Below, piece by piece: positions 1 to 8,845 of a stretch of DNA of 64,000 nt. A program made the position numbers and the translations under genes. Source of the stretch: Utricularia gibba (taxonomy: Eukaryota > Plantae > Magnoliophyta); assembly GCA_002189035.1 (NCBI GenBank), contig CM007990.1, forward strand, positions 5,332,001-5,396,000, written 5' to 3'. Position 1 is the first letter of the stretch. Every line of letters starts with the position of its first letter. The notes under the pieces were generated by a model. It was given only the letters and a program-made list of their open reading frames with translations. It made no database searches and was not told the DNA's origin.

Positions 1-650
1 GGGGGGTTTGGACAGGCAGGGGGAAGGGGGGATGTGGTGTTGTTTGTAGTATTAAGAGGGGAAAGTAGGAGGGGGTCGCTAGTACATTATCTACACAAAA
101 AGACTTGGTGGAGTGGTCAACTAGTGCAGAAGAAGAAAAACAAGAAGAAAGATCCAATACACTTCCCTTTGTGTGTGTATGTTTTTTTTTTTACAGAAGA
201 AAAGGTAGGGTTAGGTTACTAACCCAAGGAATAATGAAAGCTAGAGCGTGGCATTTGTGGTGGCAAAATGCGACTCCAAACCAGGTCTCGGGTCATGAAC
301 CCGACCCGAAGGTGGATCTATTACAAATTTTAAGTGTATGAGAAAATTGAATATCATGTATGTAAAATTTTGATTGTAATATGTGAGTTTGCTTGTTAAT
401 AAAATTTCGATGATTAGAAAATGATGAAATATAGAGTTTGCTTGTTTATAAAATTGAGGATGAAATAAATTCAATATAGAGTACACTAAACTTTCATTGA
501 TTAGATTAATATGAATTTATTTAAATAAATAGTAAAATATTTTATAATATACTTAAAATCAAGAATAAAACCAGAATACATTATTCAAGTCGTTTTTTAA
601 CACACTTTTTATCACCTTGTAGAGAAGAAAGAACAACGTCAATGTCCCGA

Positions 651-666
651 GCGGCGGCGGCGGCGG
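651..666. repeat. (GCG)5 microsatellite just 3' of the AAA-ATPase stop codon
   Basis: gcggcggcggcggcgg at 651-666, 8 bp past the TAA at 674-676 (minus strand). Confidence 0.8.
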
Positions 667-673
667 ATGGAGT

Positions 674-2808
674 TTAGTTCTGGAGCAACCTAAGTCCAGC
701 CTCCAAGTCCTCCATGGTGATTGTGAGCAACGCCTCTGCATCTACACAATTTATATCCGTCCTCAGGTCCAGGTACTCTCTCGCATTCACCAGCATCGGA
801 TCGATCAGCCCTCCGTTCATCTCCCCACGCTGCTTTTCTGTGGTTTCTCGTTCGATGAGGGCGGCGACTGCCTCTACGCTGCAACGGGGGTGCAGCTTAA
901 ACCCATACAGGACACTGTCTTCACCGGGATTATGCATCTTGAGGTGGAGTATTGCGGCCAGGTCCTTGCAGCTGAAGTCGTCGAAGTGGAAGAACTTGGT
1001 CACCCTCCGGCAGAAGCCCTCGTTGGAAGATATGATGCGCTTCATGGGTTCACTGTACCCTGCAAATATTACGACTACTTTGCCACTGTCCATGAAGGAC
1101 ATGATCTCCTCTAATGCCTCCAACCCGTAGTCCTTGTCGTCTAGCTTCTGCATCGGTATTAAGCGGTAGGCTTCATCTACAAAAAGAATGCCTCCCTCAG
1201 CTTCCTTTATCTACGCAAGGAAGCAGGGATTCATGCTACTCGTATGTTGTGTATTCGCATATCATGCCGGAGCAAAAGGGGCTAATGCAAAGGAAGTGTT
1301 TTACCTTCCTTCTTGTCTTTGGCCCTGTATGGCCAACGAACTCTCCCACAAGATCTGTTCTTTGAACTTCAGTCACCCTGTCTGTAGGAAGTATGCCAAC
1401 CATGTGGAGTAGTTTCCCTAGTGCCCTAGCTACCATGGTCTTCCCTAAAGCATTAAGAACACCCATAACTGTCATTCTGGAGATGCATTTCATTGGAAAA
1501 GATGACAAAGTGCAATGTCACATGAGTATGCTGCTGCTGCATTCTCAAATAAGTACCTGTTCCAGGGTTCCCAAGGAAAGCCATGTGAGGTGGTCTTCTG
1601 GATCCCACCTGAAGACCAAGGGCACGTCGTCTCTCATCTAAAAGCATTCCTTTTGCCCATTTTCGAAGTTGCAATTTAATCAAGTTTAAGCCCACTATAC
1701 CCTCAAGTTCCTTTTCCAGGGCATCCAATTTGGCTTGTGTCTCACTGCATGCTTCAATAGCCTTCTGTTTTCGCTGCGTTTCAAGATGCTTGAGGAGGAG
1801 TGCTCTCAATGTCTCATCACCTGGTCCTTGTGAGAGATGATTCAAAGGGGTCATCCCCTCCTGCACTCAACGCTGTTTCCAGTAAGAATCAACTAAAGAA
1901 GAATGTTTGAAGGAGAAACATACATTGTCCTCAGCACTGCAGTCAGCATTATGCTCTAGCAAGCTTTTGACCGCAGCGCAGTCACCGGCCCTGAGTGCAT
2001 GCCACACAGCAAGATGTAAAGGAGTCATCCCGTTCTGTGTAAGAGATCCACGCAAACAAAAAAACACGAACAAGAGAGAAAAGGTTGAGAGAGACCTATG
2101 GAAAATCTGTGGATCATTTAGGATGTCAAGAATTCCAGAGACTCACATTGGCTTTGGCCTCTGTAGATGCACCATGAGCTAGGAGCAATTTCACAGCTTC
2201 ATTGCACCCATTTTTTGCGGCCATGTGCAATGGTGTTTCCCCATACTACAAGATCAATACGTATCTACTACAATCAGTGTAGAATATTCGGAAAATGCGG
2301 AAAATGATACAGTCAAAACAGTAGGACAAAGTATACCATATTTTTAGCCTCTAATTCCACTTTCTCAGATGCGTCCCAGTCAAGAAGAAACTTTACAATC
2401 TCAGCTCTGTTGTAACCAGCAGAAACATGGAGAGGTGTTTGTCCCATCTAAAATGTAGCAATTGAAAACTGCCAGTCAGCGAAAAGATCGCTTCCCACAA
2501 ATTCATCTAGATCTAGAATGATTTCTCAATAATACAATTTCTAGAAAGCAATGTATTTCACCACATTCACCACCAAAATGTCAAGGATTAGAAAAGATGC
2601 AACATTTACATTTCACGATCCCACATTTTCCTTACGCAGATAAAACAAGAAGGAAATAGAAGGAAGATAGCGTCTTTACAACAGGGTTCCGCTCATTGAG
2701 AAGAGCAGAGTTTTCGCCCAGCAACTTTTTAATGGCATCTAGATCTCCAATCTGTGCATAGCCATGAATCGTCGACTGTTTTGTAAACCGCGAAACGGGA
2801 TACTTCAT
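674..2808 (-). CDS. Ankyrin-repeat + AAA+ ATPase (CbxX/CfxQ-like; At3g24530-like), 7 exons
   Basis: Exons 2808-2680, 2447-2337, 2245-2147, 2034-1924, 1860-1557, 1444-1305, 1210-674 with GT-AG borders join in frame. Ankyrin TPLH motifs (GQTPLHVSA, GETPLHMAA, GMTPLHLAV), Walker A GNPGTGKT, Walker B LFVDEAY. Confidence 0.93.
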
Positions 2809-3282
2809 CCTTGCCGGATCCTTCTTTTCGGATAAAAAAAACTCGATATCAGCCAATATTACTCCTTCGGTCGAAACACAGGATCTCGACAGAAGGAAAA
2901 TGAATGAGGACGCAGACGCTTCCGATTCGAAGATAACCCAGATCACATAAACCGACAACTTCAAGCTACAACCGAGAAAGAGATTCAAGACGAAACCATC
3001 TTGGACTCTTGTCGTGGAATGAGAGCAGACACAAAGCGATTTATGAGGAGCAAATCGCGGATCCTCCGCAAGATCTTGCGTATGGCGTCAGCGTCAAATT
3101 TCAAGGCTGCAAATGAATGGAACCCGCAAGATCTCGCAACTTGCAAGTGTGTCTCCTCGATGTTCTAAAAATCACCAAAATGCCATTATCTCATATTTTC
3201 TTTTAAGAATCTCCATTGCTTGGATGACCCAAGCTGCGCTCGTACAAGGGGGCTTCAGTTTCCAAGTCGCAGATTTTGGAAG

Positions 3283-3363
3283 GATTCAATGAGAAGATTA
3301 GACTCTCACTGAGGTGATGCAGCTCCCCAAATGGCAGTGAGAGCAACATAGTTCTGGCGTCAC
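3283..3363 (-). ncRNA. Possible degenerate second copy of the U6-A47 guide snoRNA
   Basis: Same guide CTAATCTTCTC (3301-3291), one spacer nt, then TTGA (3289-3286). C box only weak (GTGACGC, 3363-3357), no clear terminal stem; internal 9-bp hairpin CTCTCACTG...CAGTGAGAG. Boundaries approximate. Confidence 0.35.
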
Positions 3364-4022
3364 ATGACAATGAAATAATGCCTGCCCACATAGCTTATGG
3401 AGGTGAAGCAAAAGAACTGGAAAACAAAGCATTGAAACAATGCAGTCCCTTGGAAGTTCATAATCACAGGTCTGGGGTGGCTGCCCCAGTGTAAAGATGA
3501 AAACGATGAGGAAGCGAGATGCAGACGCAGCACTCCCAAAGGGAAGAAAAGCTTAGTCCCCAACCAGATAGTGAAGTTTCTGAATTGTGTATTCGAAACT
3601 GTATTGTCAAAACCACAAGCTCAGCCACAGGCCAACACATGCCCTTCAGCTTACAGTTTGCAATCAGCAGGCTAGCAACTAGCTTCCCAACTTTTACAAA
3701 AAAGGGGTTGCCTCAGATTCCACTCGGAACTCAATTTCATGGGATACAAACAGTGACACGAGCAGCAGTTCACAAAAGAGGAAGTCTAGGAAATATATAA
3801 CAGGAAATGACATCAGCATAATGCATTCTGTGATCAAGGAATAGCCGTTCTCATACAAGAGGTGTCAGAAAAACGAAAAGCACCCATTATGATCGTCCTC
3901 TTATCAGATATGGAAAAAAAAATCGAACAAAAAGCTACAAGATACGAGAATGAACCAACAAAAACGAACAAATTCTAACACAGCGCCTTAACTAATTGTA
4001 AAGCAGGGGCAACAAGGGAGGA

Positions 4023-4095
4023 GGCCTCAACGAGAAGATTAGACTATCCACATCAACTCTTCGGACATTCTTGTGCAAATGTACTATCATCGGCC
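4023..4095 (-). ncRNA. Box C/D snoRNA, predicted guide for U6 snRNA Am47 (mgU6-47/SNORD7/Z30-type)
   Basis: Minus strand reads GGCC-G-ATGATAG (C, 4090-4084)...CCGA (D', 4064-4061)-AGAGT-TGATGT (C', 4055-4050)...CTAATCTTCTC (4042-4032)-G-TTGA (D, 4030-4027)-GGCC. It has a 4-bp terminal stem and 11 nt perfectly complementary to U6 GAGAAGAUUAG; the fifth nt upstream of D pairs with A47 (human numbering). Confidence 0.75.
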
Positions 4096-4600
4096 GGTAA
4101 GATTTGAAACACTATTTATAAATCAAATTGTTTCATCAGGTAGGAGAGAAAGATCAATTTGTAATCAAAGGCAGATCATTTGAGCTATGCATCCACCCAT
4201 TATATGAAACAAAATGGCTTCTTTAGTCGAAGAACCAGAGAACAGCAAAAACTCCACAAGCATGTTTGGATACATCACCAACAACACGTCTTCATAAGCA
4301 AATCATTCAGAAGATTTGAAAAACCCAACTATCACTACTAAGAATTAGCAACAAAATGTCTGAAAAAAAAAACAAGAATGAGAGAGATATATCAGGATGG
4401 TCGGCATGGCACAAAAAGTGCCGGTACGACGAACGAGACCACATCACAAATCCTCATAGCCCACATTTTTTGAAAGACAAACCTCCTGGCAAAACGAGAA
4501 AGAGGGCTAAAAAAACCGGAACCTTCACATTGCTCAAGAGAGCCATTGATCGGCGGCCAGCAAACTCGATGTCGTGTTCAAATGATCGGGGCCGGTGAGA

Positions 4601-4609
4601 TTAGGGTTT
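4601..4609 (-). promoter_or_regulatory. Telo-box (AAACCCTAA) upstream of the snoRNA candidates
   Basis: Plus strand ttagggttt at 4601-4609. Telo-boxes are typical of plant snoRNA and ribosomal-protein promoters. Confidence 0.5.
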
Positions 4610-5161
4610 ATGAAACGGTAATGGGGGACCGCCCTGCGAAGAGGGAAAAAAAGACGGGGCAAATTTGAATTTCTCGCATTGTTTGTGTGGTGTAACGTTA
4701 TTCATCGCAGATTCAAGCATTGCCCATGGAACCATATACAGTGGCAATTCACCGTTACAGAAGCCATGATCCTCTCTAACCTCACTAGAACACTGATCAA
4801 ACATGAACAGTGTATGCGAAAAGAATACCTTTTCATTCAGGCACCAGTACAAAAAACTCAGGGAGGAAGAAAAAAAGGGTAGGAGCAAAAACTGTGCACC
4901 TCAAGTGAAACGTTGCCTTTTTCGATCTTCAGATTCCAGTTCACTAGCCACTGTTCAAGAGTTTCTGAATCCTTTTTGTCAGGATCTGGTTATGCTCTTC
5001 TGTGTGTGATCAACAGTCAGTCAAGTGTAGTGTTGCCTCTTGTATCCAAATGCTTGCGTTGCAACCGTTTCTGTTCGTGTTTTGGCAAGCGCAGGTTGTA
5101 TTGATAGCTTCCATGATGTGGGTCTCAAATCGGTAGCTGTCTTACTCAGTGGGATTATGAT

Positions 5162-7486
5162 ATGCACAGCATGCGAAAAACTGCTTTATCATTTCCCAGA
5201 ATCTCTTCGCAGTCTGTTTCAATCGGCAGGGAAGGTTATTCAGGCCAAAGTTTTAACCTTTCAGCTAACTCTCGATCATTAACGCTCCAACGACGATGCT
5301 GCACTCACCTGCTCCACAATCCCACGAAAATTGCTTCGGTCGATGAAGCAAAGGCACTTCATGGGCTCTCCCTTACTACGGACTCTGTCTCTCTTTTGGA
5401 CTCGGAGCTTGTTTTCCTCCACAACAACATCATGTCGAAGTATGCATGTTTTGGGGAAGTTCTCTTGGCACGAAAGTTGTTCGACAATATGTGTGTTAGG
5501 AATGTTGTATCATACAACATAATGATAAGCTGTTACAGTCATGATGGGTCATTGAGTGAGGCGTTCAATCTTTTCTATGAGATGAGAAAAGTTGATATCA
5601 AGCCATCGCAGTTCACATTTGGTGTCTTGTTATCATGTGATTGCCTTGATCTGAGTAGTGGAGAAGTGTTGCATGGATTGATTGAAAAGAGTGGAGTGCT
5701 TTATTTGGATGCTTATGTTGGAACGGCGTTGTTGACGATGTATGCAAGGAATGGATTCTGGGACAATGGCGTTGCAGTATTTGAAACTATGCCCAGGAAG
5801 AGCTTGGTGGCACGTAATGCTGTTTTATCCATGTTTGCACAGATGGGGTTTTTACAAGATTGCGTTTTTATGCTATCTCATGCGATGAGTTCAGTGGGAG
5901 TTTCCGAAATTACCTTTGTGAACATCTTATCTGTTATTGAGGAATATGATTTGCAGTTGGGGTATCAAATGCATAGTTTGGTGAAGAAGATGGGTTTCGA
6001 TGGCATGGCATCTGTTTCTAATTGTCTGATTAATATGTATAGTAAGGCGGGAGACTCATCTTTGGCTGAGAAAATGTTTAATGATGCTCCAATAAAGGAC
6101 ATTGTGTCCTGGAACACTCTTCTTGGAGCAGTAGCTTGTAGTGACAAGCCATACAAAGCCCTTTATCTGTTCCTGGAGATGCTTGCAAATGGATTATCAC
6201 CTAACGAAACAACTTTTGCGAGTCTGCTGAAATCGTGTTCAAAAATGCAGACTCCATGTACTGGCGAGTGCATTCATGCCATGATTATAAAGAAAAGATT
6301 GCAAGCAGAAGTTTACGCCGGTAGTGCACTGGTAAAATTTTATGCCAGTTTTGATAAAGGAGAAGAAGTTCAGGCATGCTTTGATGCTATAACCCACAAA
6401 AGCTTGGTGTCATGGAACTCTTTGATAGTTGGATACTCAAACTGGGATTCTTCATTTTTATTGAAGCTAGTTCAAGAGATGATCCATTCGGGTTTTCATC
6501 CGAATGAATTCTCATTTCCAGTGGTGATCAAATCATCTACACAGGTTGAGCTGTTGCAACTTCATTCACTGACAATCAAGACCGGTTACAGTACGAATGC
6601 CTATGTGTCCAGTTCTCTTATGGCTTCTTATGCTAGAAACAATCTTGTCTCTGACGCACTGAACTTGCTCAGTTGTCCTCAAGATGAACTTTCCACTGTT
6701 TCATTGAATATTCTTGCGTGGATTTACAATCGAGCAGGTGAGTTCGAGAAAACTCAGGAACTATATGCTGGAATGGGGAATCCAGATGCTGTATCTTGGA
6801 ACATCTTGATTGCAGCTTGTTCAAGGAATGGTGATTACAAAGAAAGTTTTGAACTTTTTAAACACATGCTCAGATCTGAAGTCCCTCCAGACAATTACAC
6901 TTTTGTCAGCCTATTCAGCGTGTGCACGAGGCTCTGTAACCTTTCTTTAGGGAGCTCTCTCCACGGCCTGATCCTGAAGACAAGCTTCAACCCCTATGAC
7001 ACATTTGTCTGTAACACGATAATCGCCATGTATGGAAAATGTGGGAGCATCGACAGGTGCAGGAAAATCTTCAACGAAACGAAAGACAAGAATATAATAT
7101 CCTGGACAGCCCTTGTCTCAGCCTTGGGACTCCATGGCCAAGCAAATGAAGCCTTGGAAACATTCAGAGAGATTGACAGAGCTGGGCTCAAACCAGACAG
7201 GGTGTCATTTCTTGCTGTTCTTTCAGCCTGTCGACACAAGGGATTTGTTGAAGAGGGGATGAGTCTGTTCAACCAAATGAAACCAGAGTACGGCATGGAA
7301 CCAGATATCGATCACTACGTGGTTGTAGTTGATCTTCTTGCAAGATATGGGCACATAAAGGAGGCCGAGAAGCTGATTCTTGGAATGCCCTTTGCACCTA
7401 ATGCGTTGGTATGGCGTAGTTTTCTGAACGGCTGCAAGCAGCACTCAAGTCATGCGCTTCTTGGACAAACACAATCCTTTTCTTGA
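5162..7486 (+). CDS. Pentatricopeptide repeat protein, PLS class (At3g58590-like), intronless
   Basis: 774-aa ORF with tandem P/L/S motifs (VVSYNIMISCY, IVSWNTLL, AVSWNILIAAC, IISWTALVSALG, PDRVSFLAVLSAC). No recognisable DYW domain. First ATG assumed as start. Confidence 0.93.
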   Translation: MHSMRKTALSFPRISSQSVSIGREGYSGQSFNLSANSRSLTLQRRCCTHLLHNPTKIASVDEAKALHGLSLTTDSVSLLDSELVFLHNNIMSKYACFGEVLLARKLFDNMCVRNVVSYNIMISCYSHDGSLSEAFNLFYEMRKVDIKPSQFTFGVLLSCDCLDLSSGEVLHGLIEKSGVLYLDAYVGTALLTMYARNGFWDNGVAVFETMPRKSLVARNAVLSMFAQMGFLQDCVFMLSHAMSSVGVSEITFVNILSVIEEYDLQLGYQMHSLVKKMGFDGMASVSNCLINMYSKAGDSSLAEKMFNDAPIKDIVSWNTLLGAVACSDKPYKALYLFLEMLANGLSPNETTFASLLKSCSKMQTPCTGECIHAMIIKKRLQAEVYAGSALVKFYASFDKGEEVQACFDAITHKSLVSWNSLIVGYSNWDSSFLLKLVQEMIHSGFHPNEFSFPVVIKSSTQVELLQLHSLTIKTGYSTNAYVSSSLMASYARNNLVSDALNLLSCPQDELSTVSLNILAWIYNRAGEFEKTQELYAGMGNPDAVSWNILIAACSRNGDYKESFELFKHMLRSEVPPDNYTFVSLFSVCTRLCNLSLGSSLHGLILKTSFNPYDTFVCNTIIAMYGKCGSIDRCRKIFNETKDKNIISWTALVSALGLHGQANEALETFREIDRAGLKPDRVSFLAVLSACRHKGFVEEGMSLFNQMKPEYGMEPDIDHYVVVVDLLARYGHIKEAEKLILGMPFAPNALVWRSFLNGCKQHSSHALLGQTQSFS

Positions 7487-7617
7487 CCGTTGGAGGGTAA
7501 AATGGGTATTTGAGATTCGCTGGTTTGCGCCATCATTTTCTCGTCTGCTGATCTACCGGAAGAACAGAAGAAGGAATTCGCAGTTTGAGGAGTAGGGCGA
7601 GAATTGTTGTAGTTCAT

Positions 7618-8356
7618 ATGGGTAAAGGCGGAGCCTTGAGCGATGGGGTAGTGAAGAAGATCGTGATCTCCTATACTTGCGTTGCAATATGGATCTTTCT
7701 TTCATTCGCTGTGATTGTCTTCAACAAGTACATTCTCAATCGGAAAATGTACAATTGGCCGTATCCCATATCGCTCACGATGATTCACATGGGTTTCTGT
7801 TCTTATCTCCCGTATATCCTGGTTAAGGTGTTCAAAGTGGTGGATCCCGTCTCTATGTCATGGAATTTCTGTTTCAGGTCTGTAGTACCAATTGGGCTTC
7901 TTTATTCGCTTTCGCTTTGGTCATCCAATTCGGCTTATATTTATCTTTCTGTGTCGTTTATTCAAATTCTGAAAGCCCTTATGCCTGTTGCTGTTTATTC
8001 AGTTGGGGTGTTGTTGAAGAAGGATGACTTTAAATCCGAGACAATGGCGAACATGATTTCGATTTCTATTGGAGTTGAGATTGCAGCATACCGATAAGCT
8101 AAATTTGATGCGTGGGGGTATTTCTCTCTGTACATTTGCTCTGAATCTGGCTGTGTTCTTGCGTGTTGGAAGACTTCTGATTTTGGGTTACGGATTGGCG
8201 TTTCTGGGGATTTCTTACTACAATCACTCAAAGCTGCTGGCTCTCAAGGCTGAAGACGCCCAGCAGAACTCCCAGCGAAATGATGAGGAAAGTGGGAATC
8301 TGCTGGAGAACAGCAAAGAGGATATTGGTGAAGCCAAGTTCTCCGATAAACGATAA
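7618..8356 (+). pseudogene. Sugar-phosphate/phosphate translocator (At2g25520/At5g25400-like) pseudogene
   Basis: [14 protein letters not shown]...[15 protein letters not shown]... then premature TAA at 8095-8097 where the family reads GE-AKFD. After AKFDAWG the frame shifts and about 70 codons are missing before [13 protein letters not shown]; about 30 more are missing before [12 protein letters not shown]. Confidence 0.85.
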
Positions 8357-8845
8357 CTGAATTTGCATGTGCATGCTGCAACACAAGAATCATTCAAACA
8401 CAGATGGACTATTTCCCGGTTGCAGATCCTTACTGCACTTCTTAAGGTGCTCAGTCAGTCTGCTTCTGAGATAGATGCTTACTGAACTCATGAGTCTGCT
8501 TCCCAAGAAGCCATTTTTGTAGTATCTTATGACTCAATGATCCTCAAAATCAGCTGCCTTCTCAGCTACAGGAGAGGCTGCATCCGGATGAGACCAAAAA
8601 CTTAAAGGAAATTCACCAAAAAGAAACCAAAGCTTCAAATTCTGGTATGTGTTGCTGTACTAGGAAAATACTTCACCAAAAGTTCCGTAAACAAGGAAAA
8701 GACTTCACTTTCAGTGCTTAAATTCTGAATTGGGATGGATTTGTCTGATGCAAATTCCTTCTCTCTCTGTGATCTATTTTAGGTGCATCATTAAGAAAAT
8801 TTTCTAAAAAAAAGTCCCGGTTTTTATTTTATTCAAAGCTAAGTC

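Noticed and set aside
714-1130. 138-aa plus-strand ORF and other ORFs antisense to the ATPase
   Set aside because: Shadow ORFs of the real minus-strand exon.
2809-2988. In-frame N-terminal extension of the ATPase
   Set aside because: Begins at a non-ATG codon; family homology starts at the ATG at 2808.
3899-3912. Short similarity to U2 snRNA stem IIa
   Set aside because: Only 9-10 nt and not placed before a D box.
3279-4052. Plus-strand coding reading of the duplicated motif (GFNEKIRLSL and GLNEKIRLST, with several synonymous-looking differences)
   Set aside because: Both frames are closed by nearby stops, there is no ATG or exon chain, strand composition points to minus-strand transcription, and the C/D architecture with U6 complementarity explains the 4023-4095 copy better. 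Not fully excluded.
4279-4340. Further C/D-like motifs (GTGATAG...CTGA...ATGATT) on the minus strand
   Set aside because: No terminal stem or final D box, and no target I could identify.
4601-4888. 95-aa minus-strand ORF
   Set aside because: Non-ATG start, low-complexity composition and no recognisable domain; sits in a divergent promoter.
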